Shown here piece by piece: positions 47,971-56,336 of a stretch of 64,000 nt of DNA. Every line of letters starts with the position of its first letter. Within the stretch, counting starts at the first letter, position 1. This DNA comes from Candidatus Culexmicrobium cathedralense. Lineage in GTDB: Archaea; Thermoproteota; Methanomethylicia; Culexarchaeales; Culexmicrobiaceae. The notes under the pieces were generated by a model that was given only the letters and a program-made list of their open reading frames with translations, was not told the origin of the DNA and ran no database searches. A program made the position numbers and the translations under genes. The DNA lies in contig JANZKC010000001.1 of assembly GCA_025061115.1 (NCBI GenBank), positions 576,001 to 640,000 of the forward strand, given 5' to 3'.

Positions 47971-49170
47971 ATGAACCCAATTGAAAAATTGGCTAAGCTC
48001 CAAAGCAAAAGGCGCAAAATCGCCGTAGGATTAATGTCAGGAACATCAGTCGACGGAGTTTCAGCAGTACTAGTTGAAATTGAGGGAAACTGGCTAAACA
48101 CGAAGTTCAAGATAATCGGCCACAAAACCTACCCTTACCCAAATGAGGTTAGGGAGAAGATATTCGAGCTGTTCGATCCTGAAACTGGAACGGTGGATAA
48201 GATCTGCACCATGAACTTCATTTTAGGGAAAATATTTGCTCAAGCAGTATTGAAAATAGCTGAAGAGTGCGGATTCCCAATTGGAGACGTAGACTTAATT
48301 GCAAGCCACGGACAGACAATCCACCACATGCCAAGGAAAATTAGAATTGCAAACTACGAGTCCAAGTCGACGCTGCAAATTGGCGAGCCATCAGTGATAG
48401 CTGAGGAGACAGGAGTGCTGACAATTGCAGACTTCAGGCCAAAAGATGTAGCTGCAGGCGGAGAAGGAGCACCAATAAGCGCATACGCAGACTACATAAT
48501 TTTCAGAAGCAGCAAAGCTTCAAGGGCAATTCAAAACATCGGAGGAATAGCAAACGTAACCTACATACCTAAAAGTGCGGATTTAAGCGAAGTCATAGCA
48601 TTCGACACTGGGCCGGGAAACATGCTAATAGATGCAATGGTAAAACGCGTAACAGACGGGAAAATGAAGTACGACTCCAATGGAAAGTTGGCTGCAAAGG
48701 GAAGAATTTCAGAGGAGCTGCTAAGCTGGCTCATGAATCACCCATACATCCATAGAAAACCTCCAAAAACAACTGGTCGAGAGGAATTTGGAGAAAAATT
48801 CGCCGAAAAAGTATTTGAAAAGGCAGCTGAGCTGGGAGTGAAAGGAGAAGACCTAATTGCAACAGTAACTATGTACACAGCCAAAACAATAGCAGAAAGC
48901 TACCGAAGACATCTACCCACAATGCCGGATGAAGTCATTGTCGGCGGAGGAGGCTCATACAATAAAACTCTAATGAAAATGCTGAAGGAAGAAATTGAAG
49001 AGGCAAAAATAATGACCCACGAAGACTTCAGAATACCTGCACAGGCAAAGGAGCCCCTAGTAATGGTTATCCTAGCAAATGAAGTAATTCACGGACACTT
49101 CAACAACATTCCAAACGCCACTGGAGCCTCAAGGAAAGTGATTATGGGAAAAATAGTTTTTGGAAATTAA
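47971..49170 (+). CDS. anmK: Anhydro-N-acetylmuramic acid kinase
   Basis: GLMSGTSVDG, SHGQT, DFRPKDVAAGGEGAP, NIGGIAN, FDTGPGN, PPKTTGRE, GGGSYN. Confidence 0.95.
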   Translation: MNPIEKLAKLQSKRRKIAVGLMSGTSVDGVSAVLVEIEGNWLNTKFKIIGHKTYPYPNEVREKIFELFDPETGTVDKICTMNFILGKIFAQAVLKIAEECGFPIGDVDLIASHGQTIHHMPRKIRIANYESKSTLQIGEPSVIAEETGVLTIADFRPKDVAAGGEGAPISAYADYIIFRSSKASRAIQNIGGIANVTYIPKSADLSEVIAFDTGPGNMLIDAMVKRVTDGKMKYDSNGKLAAKGRISEELLSWLMNHPYIHRKPPKTTGREEFGEKFAEKVFEKAAELGVKGEDLIATVTMYTAKTIAESYRRHLPTMPDEVIVGGGGSYNKTLMKMLKEEIEEAKIMTHEDFRIPAQAKEPLVMVILANEVIHGHFNNIPNATGASRKVIMGKIVFGN

Positions 49171-49176
49171 AATGCC

Positions 49177-50208
49177 TCACCCCAACAGCTTCCTATCAAA
49201 TTCAACCAGCTCAGGATGAACAAACCTCCCATCCTTCAGTAAGCAAGTGCCATCAACGTAAACCGTTGGATTCAAGCAATTTCCATCAGAATGAGCCTTA
49301 GCCCTTCCAACCTTACCTTTAAATCTAAGCGACTGAGAGCCGAAGCCAAACTCTATGCAGCCATAAACCCTCTCATCCTCAAGTGGAACTCCAGTCAACC
49401 TAGCTCCAGGATTAAATCCGAAGGATACATGAGCAATATAATACATTTTGGGGTCATTGAAGCCTGCAAGCCAGCGCTTAAAGGCCTCAGCCTCCCAGCC
49501 ACCCTCAACATCAACAATTCTCCCCTCCTCAATGGTTAAAGCTACAGGTGAAGAGAGTACGCCGACATTCTGAGGAGGCCAAAGAAATCCGTCCAGAACA
49601 AGCCTACCATTAATGCTCTTCTCAATTGGAGCCCAAGAAACTTGCCCGCCCAGAAACTTCAATTCACCCGGCTTGCGAACCTTACCATCATTATGGTAAA
49701 CCGGCCTATGGGGATCGTTTTCCATCACAAGTGAAGTCCCCTTAGGAGAATGCACTTCGATTTTCCTCGCCATTGAAATCACCTTTGCAAGCGCATCGCC
49801 AAGCTTGCACATCGCCTCATAATCCACCTTGCCGATCAACCTAATCATCATGTCAGGATTCATTCCAGTCAAATCGCAAATCCTAGCCCCAGCATTTAGA
49901 GCCTCGTAGAAAGCATTGGTATGAATAATATATTGGTATACGAAGTCTATGATGACGTCACTTGAAGCCATTGCAGCTGCAACTGGCTTTGGAGGCTCAA
50001 CATTAACCTCGCTCCTAGTCTCATAAACAACTTCAACAGCCTCACCTCCAACCGCATGAGCCATGGCGGTGACCACATCAACCATACTTCTGTCAACTGC
50101 AGTATCAGCTAAAACTAGAACTGACTCACCAGCTTCAACGCCAGCTAAAAGCTTCACGACCTTATATGCAGCTCTAGCAAGCTCCATAAACATGCGGCCA
50201 CCAAGCAC
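49177..50208 (-). CDS. M29-like (aminopeptidase T / leucyl aminopeptidase-type) metallo-enzyme
   Basis: GESVLVLAD, EPPKPVAAAM, GTSL, NGRLVLDG, GFNP, EDERVYG, HSDG. Some metal ligands look atypical, so the substrate is uncertain. Confidence 0.7.
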   Translation of the reverse strand: MLGGRMFMELARAAYKVVKLLAGVEAGESVLVLADTAVDRSMVDVVTAMAHAVGGEAVEVVYETRSEVNVEPPKPVAAAMASSDVIIDFVYQYIIHTNAFYEALNAGARICDLTGMNPDMMIRLIGKVDYEAMCKLGDALAKVISMARKIEVHSPKGTSLVMENDPHRPVYHNDGKVRKPGELKFLGGQVSWAPIEKSINGRLVLDGFLWPPQNVGVLSSPVALTIEEGRIVDVEGGWEAEAFKRWLAGFNDPKMYYIAHVSFGFNPGARLTGVPLEDERVYGCIEFGFGSQSLRFKGKVGRAKAHSDGNCLNPTVYVDGTCLLKDGRFVHPELVEFDRKLLG

Positions 50209-50222
50209 AAACTATTACATGG

Positions 50223-50235
50223 CTAGTATTACTAG
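50223..50235. promoter_or_regulatory. Palindrome CTAGTA-T-TACTAG upstream of the aminopeptidase gene
   Basis: Perfect 13-bp palindrome containing the same GTATTACTA box seen at 9452-9471. Confidence 0.45.
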
Positions 50236-50290
50236 GTTGCGCTAACGCGAATTGAGGATAATAAAGTTATGTAAAAAGAGTGCGGAGCTC

Positions 50291-51601
50291 CTAGTACCTC
50301 CTACGCATATACTGGAGAAGCAATATCACAATTATTATCACTATTAAAGCAGCAACCACGTAGAGCGTCGCTGGAGGAGGTGGAGGAGGACGACTACTAA
50401 CATTTACAGTCACTGAATTCGACTGAACATTATCAGCAACTGCGCGCGCCGTGTATGAGCCGGCCTCTCCAAAAGTCACCGTAAACGAAGCAACGCCATT
50501 AGCGTCGGTAGTCCTTATGCTGTAAAGCTCATCGTTAATGTATAGAGTTACGCTGACGCCGGACATCGGATTGCCATTTTGATCGTGAACCGTAGCTCTA
50601 AATGTAACTGGCTCGCCAGTTACGGCGGACTCCTTATCAACCTCCAAGCTTATGCTAGTCACAGTCGGAGCTGGCGGCAGAGGGCTGACGGTCACCGTAA
50701 TAGTGTTGGACTTCACGGAGTCCGCGATCGCATATACTTCGTGAGCACCCTCAACATCAAATCTAACTAGGAATACAGCTGCACCTCCAATTCCAGCATA
50801 CTTGGTGTCGTAGAGCTCTCCATCAACCATCAAATCGACTTGAACTCCAGCCATAGGACTACCGTACTGGTCTCGGACTGTTGCCGTAAAGATCACTACA
50901 CCCCCAACATCAACTTCAGTTGTTTCAGCGTCAAGCAATATGCTGTGAACTGCAGGGGGCTCGCGAACAGTTATATCAACAGTATTCGATTGAACGCCAT
51001 CAGCTACCGCGTAAACTTCAAAGACACCCGCTTCATCGAAAGTGACGTAGAAAGTTACTGTACCATCATAAGAGGAATTCCGAGCCCCGTAAAGCTCCCC
51101 ATCAATGTATAGTTTTACTTCAACATTGGCCATGGGGTCGCCATACTGATCATAGACTACAGCAGTGAATGCCACCACATCTCCAACGTAGATCATGCGT
51201 ATATTGGCAGTAAGCTCAACCCTACTAACTACTGGTGGAGGAGCACTAACAGTAAACGTGCACGTACTAACACTACCAGTGGAAACATCCTTAGCATAAA
51301 GCGTATAATCTCCAGTGGGCCAGTCGCTTGGAACCTTCAGCTGCATGGTTAGAGTGCCATCTGAAGATGCAACATCCTCCCAAACCCACATTGGACCAGT
51401 AGGCCCATTAAGCTGAAGCATAACCTTTCCATTTGGAGTAGCGCCTGAGACAGTTATCGTCATAACCTCGCCCAATCTATATGAAGACTTGTCGGTTGTA
51501 ACAGTAAATGAGGCATACACTAGAACTGTGGTAAACGATAGGGCGAAGAGCAAAGTTAGTGTTAGCAAAGCCAAACCCCTTAGTCTCATGATAATCACCA
51601 C
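50291..51601 (-). CDS. Cell-surface protein with Ig-like (Big-1-like) repeats and C-terminal TM anchor
   Basis: Signal peptide, N-terminal TDKSSYRLGE domain, three repeats of about 95 aa, poly-Pro linker, TM helix, RRRY tail. Confidence 0.85.
   Translation of the reverse strand: MVIIMRLRGLALLTLTLLFALSFTTVLVYASFTVTTDKSSYRLGEVMTITVSGATPNGKVMLQLNGPTGPMWVWEDVASSDGTLTMQLKVPSDWPTGDYTLYAKDVSTGSVSTCTFTVSAPPPVVSRVELTANIRMIYVGDVVAFTAVVYDQYGDPMANVEVKLYIDGELYGARNSSYDGTVTFYVTFDEAGVFEVYAVADGVQSNTVDITVREPPAVHSILLDAETTEVDVGGVVIFTATVRDQYGSPMAGVQVDLMVDGELYDTKYAGIGGAAVFLVRFDVEGAHEVYAIADSVKSNTITVTVSPLPPAPTVTSISLEVDKESAVTGEPVTFRATVHDQNGNPMSGVSVTLYINDELYSIRTTDANGVASFTVTFGEAGSYTARAVADNVQSNSVTVNVSSRPPPPPPATLYVVAALIVIIIVILLLQYMRRRY
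50395..51235 (-). repeat. Three intragenic Ig-like repeats (approximate bounds)
   Basis: FxAxVxDQxGxPMxxVxVxLxxxxELY...VxFxxxGxxxxxAxADxVxSN occurs three times. Confidence 0.85.
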
Positions 51602-52158
51602 TAACCTTGAACTTGGAAGGTAAATTCAAGCCCACTCTTGGAAGCTAAAGGTACTCCTCCCTCATCAAGCCAGTTGCTCCACACCATAACCTTAACCTTA
51701 TAAGTTCCAGTTGGGGCATCATCCGGAATTCTATATCCAATGCCAGCAGACTCGGTTTCGCCTGGAGATATCTCCTCAACAACGAAACCCATGAACACTG
51801 GAGTATTCCCATACATTACTTGGATTAGTAGCAAGAACTTAGTTGGCGTAGTGAAGTAGTAATAAGAGGTAGTATCTCCAAAGTAGTAAGCATATGCCAT
51901 CTCGATAGTTGCGTTTATCAAGACCAGCTCGCCTCTGCTAAATGTGCTCTTAGGATTTCCCGTCTGATCAGCGCTGAAAGCTGTAGTTATGTCTAGGGGT
52001 AATTCTTGAGATGGAGCTATGAAGCTCGCCAATGAGCCAATATAGCTGATTAAAGCGCCAACAGCAATAACTGCTACCAGCACTATTGCTATTAACCGCT
52101 TAGCGTCAATTTCAATGACAATCTCCCTAATTTCACCTTCGGGCAAAGCTTCTCCCAT
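51601..52158 (-). CDS. Membrane-anchored Ig-like domain protein
   Basis: N-terminal TM helix, KSTFSRGELV, IPDDAPTGTYKVKVMVW. Confidence 0.75.
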   Translation of the reverse strand: MGEALPEGEIREIVIEIDAKRLIAIVLVAVIAVGALISYIGSLASFIAPSQELPLDITTAFSADQTGNPKSTFSRGELVLINATIEMAYAYYFGDTTSYYYFTTPTKFLLLIQVMYGNTPVFMGFVVEEISPGETESAGIGYRIPDDAPTGTYKVKVMVWSNWLDEGGVPLASKSGLEFTFQVQG

Positions 52159-52358
52159 CCATTAAATTCTATTGAATCATATTAAAGCGCCATCTATTTA
52201 TATGTTATTCCCTCCCAATAAAGCCCTATAAATTAGCAACATACTTAAGCTAACCTAAAATAACAAATAAATATTCATAATAACATTAGCAAAGTAAATT
52301 TACACAACGGAAATAGAGGCATTGCCTAGCCATAAGCAAAGTTGGTTGGAGGGCGAAA

Positions 52359-54089
52359 ATGAAGTTCAAAAGGATATTGCCGCTGGCTCAATCAATTCAA
52401 GCACTATTAGGAGCAGTATTGCTGCTAGACGCCCTTAAAGTGTATCATCACCCAACAATCCACAGAGCTACAGTCGCACTACAATTTCAGCTTAAATACG
52501 ACCTAACGCCGTTCGCTCTGCCACTTGTAGCAGTAACTGCAATTCACCTGGCAAAGCAGAGGCAATCCAAAATCCTAGGAAGCATAATCATAGCTTCGCT
52601 CATGCTATATCAGGCATTTGGGCTAAAAGCATCAGTAGCCACCATAGCTCTAGCTTTAACGGCACTAATCACCATAGTTGAGAGAAACGTAGTGGAAGTA
52701 GCCTTTTACACTTTAGCCTCACTAACAGCATTCGAATTCCTAGCACTGGCGCACTGGGCAATCACACTCCCATTAATGGGCTCATCGCTATTAGAAGAGC
52801 CAGCATTCCTGGAGCTCTCACTATTCTACATAGTAGCACCGCTATCGCCATTACTAATGCTATCAATCCTATACGCTTGGCTTGCAAAGCCAATAGTGAA
52901 GCAGCACTTAACCCCCATCCTAAGGTACATAACCGTAAAGATAACTAGGAAAAGGAATGAAGCGAAAAGCCTCCACCTCAACCCCAAAATTGCATTTGCA
53001 CTCTCAATAATTCTATCAGTCATAGTTGCGGCATACCCCTACATTCCCAGCATCAACCCCAAAGAAGTGCCAGTTGGAGTAGACATTAGATATTATGCAG
53101 GATGGACCCGCATGTTGGAGAGAGATCTAAACAACATTTTCACCATTGCAGGGGGCTCAAGACCCACAATCCTACTATTACTATATGCGCTTCGCCAGAT
53201 AACTGGACTGGAGCCCATCGAAGTGGTCAAGTGGACTCCAATCCTACTAAATCCACTCCTAACAATCATTACATACTACATGATTTCAAGGGCAACCGAA
53301 GATGATGAATGGGCAGCACTATCGGCCCTAATAACTGCAATTGGGCTCAAAGCAACGGTAAACATGTACTCATACTTCCTAACCAACATGCTGGCCCTCA
53401 TATTCCAGTATGCATCCATAACACTACTAGCAGTAGCAATCGAGAAAAGGGAGAAAGTTGCACTTGCAGCAGCTATAGCACTATCCTCAGCAGCCATATT
53501 CACTCACCCATGGACCTTCACCCAATACTACGCAGCCATAGCCCTATCACTTCTCATACAACTTTTAAGGCGAGCATACGCATCATCGTGGGATGAGTGG
53601 AAGGTAAAAGCACTGCTAGCATTCCTTGCAGCCACGGGCATCGTAGATGTGGTTAAAGAAAAGTTCATTGGAGCTGGAAGCTATAAGGCAACCCAAGCAA
53701 CAGTAATTAGCCAGCCAATGTACGCAAATATAATGGAGTTTTGGAACAACAACATATTTGCCTTCAGATTGCTATATGGAGGATACCTATCGAACGCAGT
53801 TCTACTGGCAATTGCAGCGCTAGGCGCCTACACTCTAAGCAGAAGAGGAGAGCTACATAAAATAATCATGAACCTCCTAATCGTGATGTCAATTACATAT
53901 CCATTCGTGAATGGAACTCTTCAAAGCAGGCTTATATTCAATTTACCAATAGAAGTCTTGACAGCTCAAGGACTACTATTCATAGTGAGAAAAGTCACAA
54001 TACCAAAGAAGCTAAGAAAAATAGCAGTAGCATTTACTATAACATCAACACTAACCTACGCACTCAGATCGCTAGCCAACTTAATTTAG
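52359..54089 (+). CDS. Polytopic membrane protein, probable GT-C-fold glycosyltransferase
   Basis: More than 12 hydrophobic segments, PVGVDIRYY loop, HPWT, SRL. Confidence 0.6.
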   Translation: MKFKRILPLAQSIQALLGAVLLLDALKVYHHPTIHRATVALQFQLKYDLTPFALPLVAVTAIHLAKQRQSKILGSIIIASLMLYQAFGLKASVATIALALTALITIVERNVVEVAFYTLASLTAFEFLALAHWAITLPLMGSSLLEEPAFLELSLFYIVAPLSPLLMLSILYAWLAKPIVKQHLTPILRYITVKITRKRNEAKSLHLNPKIAFALSIILSVIVAAYPYIPSINPKEVPVGVDIRYYAGWTRMLERDLNNIFTIAGGSRPTILLLLYALRQITGLEPIEVVKWTPILLNPLLTIITYYMISRATEDDEWAALSALITAIGLKATVNMYSYFLTNMLALIFQYASITLLAVAIEKREKVALAAAIALSSAAIFTHPWTFTQYYAAIALSLLIQLLRRAYASSWDEWKVKALLAFLAATGIVDVVKEKFIGAGSYKATQATVISQPMYANIMEFWNNNIFAFRLLYGGYLSNAVLLAIAALGAYTLSRRGELHKIIMNLLIVMSITYPFVNGTLQSRLIFNLPIEVLTAQGLLFIVRKVTIPKKLRKIAVAFTITSTLTYALRSLANLI

Positions 54090-54141
54090 CAAGCTAATAA
54101 TTTAATTGAGAATGACAAACAAGCTTTCGAGGTGAAAGTTC

Positions 54142-54453
54142 TTGACGAAATATCGCGTAAAAATAGTGGTTAAGGAAGTTAGAGGACAATGCGCTGCAGG
54201 ATATAAAGCTGGAGATACAATCATTGCTGAGCGATTTTACATCATACCACAAAATTCAGCGAAAATATGTCTACACGCACTATCAGCAATGCAAACAATA
54301 TTGTCGGCATTCCTCCACGGAACTTCGGCTAAAGAGTTAGGGATAGGCGAAAAGGATGATGCGGGATACCTTCAATGCCCAGATCCCGGACCCCCACTAA
54401 CAAAGGGAGGAACAGTTATATTCGAGTTAAAACGTGAACCCATGCAATCTTGA
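54142..54453 (+). CDS. TIGR04076-family protein
   Basis: GQCAAGYKAGD, ICLHAL, QCPDPG, VIFELKR. Confidence 0.85.
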   Translation: MTKYRVKIVVKEVRGQCAAGYKAGDTIIAERFYIIPQNSAKICLHALSAMQTILSAFLHGTSAKELGIGEKDDAGYLQCPDPGPPLTKGGTVIFELKREPMQS

Positions 54454-54557
54454 AATGCTAAGTAGGTAGCCATTGAAATAACGTGCATCATTCAATTAAA
54501 ACTTAAAGGCTCTGAGAATTAACGTTAAATACAATTAAACAAGTACTTTGTGTAGAG

Positions 54558-54785
54558 GTGCAAAACTTGAGCGAGGAGAAAGTTGCAATCTACATACCAA
54601 AGGAACTCTACGACAAGATAGTTGAGGAAGTTGAAAAGAGTAAGGGAGAATTCAAAAGCGTAGAAGAATACGTGAAATTCGTGCTTGAAGAATTACTGAA
54701 AGAGGAGGAAGACGAGTACGTATACACCCCGGAAGAGGAAGAGGAAATCAAGAAGAGGCTTAGAGCACTTGGCTATATAGGCTAA
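54558..54785 (+). CDS. CopG/RHH-family small protein with RLRALGY tail
   Basis: VAIYIPKELYDKI...FKSVEEYVKFVLEELL...EEEEEIKKRLRALGYIG. Confidence 0.88.
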   Translation: MQNLSEEKVAIYIPKELYDKIVEEVEKSKGEFKSVEEYVKFVLEELLKEEEDEYVYTPEEEEEIKKRLRALGYIG

Positions 54786-54915
54786 ATTCAGCAGATCATA
54801 CAAACTTTCAAACCCATCAAATCGAATTCTAGCAAAATCCACGAAATGCGTAATTCAAGCTTAAAATCGCCCAAGAAAATCGATGCTCTTTTATTTAATT
54901 AAATATAATTAAATT

Positions 54916-55170
54916 TTGAGGCGATCATCCTTGGGCGAGGAAAGCAGAAGCAAGGGAAAGTACACCACAGTTTCAATACCAACAACCCTCTATAATAGAA
55001 TTAAGCAGTTAATCGAAGACACTGGATTCACCTCAGTTTCAAGCTACGTGACATACGTTTTGAGGGAGATAGTAGCCGCACATGAAGAGGCCCGGTACAG
55101 CGAGCCGTACACCGAGGAAGACAAGATGAGGATCATTGAGAAGCTTAGGAAGCTAGGCTACTTAGAGTAG
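54916..55170 (+). CDS. CopG/RHH-family small protein with KLRKLGY tail
   Basis: YTTVSIPTTLYNRIKQLIEDTGFTSVSSYVTYVLREIV...IIEKLRKLGYLE. Confidence 0.88.
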   Translation: MRRSSLGEESRSKGKYTTVSIPTTLYNRIKQLIEDTGFTSVSSYVTYVLREIVAAHEEARYSEPYTEEDKMRIIEKLRKLGYLE

Positions 55171-55172
55171 GG

Positions 55173-56336
55173 GTGAAAGCTATGGTAGCGCCACCACATG
55201 GTGGAAAGCTCGTAAATAGAGTTTCATCGGGCAGAAGGAGAAGTAGGCTCCTAAGCGAAGTTGAAGAGCTCCCGAAAATAGCTGTCCCCAAGGAGATAGC
55301 CGTTGATGTTGAAAACATAGCCTATGGAGTTTTCAGCCCACTGGAGGGATTCATGACCCAGGAAGACTACTCACACGTGTTAAACGACATGAGGCTTAGC
55401 AACGACATACCATGGACCATCCCAATAGTATTGGACGTAGAGCCAAAAGCCATCAAAAGCTTGAAAGAAGGCGATGAAATCGCAATTACAGATAAGAATG
55501 AAGCGCCCATAGCCATCATGAAAATCGAGGAGGCATACAAGTGGGATAAAAAGGAGCATGCAATCAAGGTATTCAAAACCCTAGACGCGAACCATCCGGG
55601 CGTAGCCAAGACCATGAAAATGAAGGACACATTGCTAGCCGGAAAACTGGAATTGATAAGGGAAGTAGAAAATCCATTCTACCGCTACACTCTAAGGCCG
55701 GTGGAAACGAGAATCCTTTTCGAGGAGAAGAGGTGGAGGACGATAGTTGGATTTCAAACGAGAAATGCGCCACACCTGGGCCACGAGTACGTGCAAAAGG
55801 CAGCGCTAACCTTCACGGATGGACTCTTCATAAACCCCCTAGTAGGCTGGAAGAAGCCTGGAGACTACAAGGATGAAGTAATTTTAGAAGCATACGACGC
55901 CCTGATCAAGCACTACTACCCGAAGAATGCTGTAGTACTGGCAGTGCTAAGAACATCAATGAGGTACGCCGGCCCAAGAGAAGCGATATTCCACGCAATA
56001 GTACGCAAAAACTTTGGATGCACCCACTTCATCGTGGGCAGAGACCATGCAGGCGTAGGAAACTACTATAAGCCCTATGAGGCGCAGGAAATATTCAAGG
56101 AATTCCCAGATTTGGGAATAATACCCCTATTCGTAAAAGAGGCATTCTACTGCGCCAAGTGCGGAGGAATGGTCAGCGAGAAAATATGCCCCCACCCAGA
56201 CAATTACAAGATACGAATGAGCGGGACTAAAATCAGGCAAATAATAATGAAGAGAGTTAAGCCGCCTCCAACAATGATGCGGCCAGAAGTGGCGGAGGCA
56301 ATACTGAAATGGGAAAATCCATTCGTGACCAGCTGA
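55173..56336 (+). CDS. sat: Sulfate adenylyltransferase
   Basis: PHGGKLV, FSPLEGFM, FQTRNAPHLGHE, MRYAGPREA, GRDHAGVG, SGTKIR, MRPEV. Confidence 0.97.
   Translation: MKAMVAPPHGGKLVNRVSSGRRRSRLLSEVEELPKIAVPKEIAVDVENIAYGVFSPLEGFMTQEDYSHVLNDMRLSNDIPWTIPIVLDVEPKAIKSLKEGDEIAITDKNEAPIAIMKIEEAYKWDKKEHAIKVFKTLDANHPGVAKTMKMKDTLLAGKLELIREVENPFYRYTLRPVETRILFEEKRWRTIVGFQTRNAPHLGHEYVQKAALTFTDGLFINPLVGWKKPGDYKDEVILEAYDALIKHYYPKNAVVLAVLRTSMRYAGPREAIFHAIVRKNFGCTHFIVGRDHAGVGNYYKPYEAQEIFKEFPDLGIIPLFVKEAFYCAKCGGMVSEKICPHPDNYKIRMSGTKIRQIIMKRVKPPPTMMRPEVAEAILKWENPFVTS

Noticed and set aside
43087-50208. Bacterial contamination or peptidoglycan biosynthesis as the explanation for the Mur genes
   Set aside because: The genes are contiguous with archaeal genes and similar in style, and all are catabolic (no murA-G, mraY or PBP). 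Read-level confirmation is still needed.
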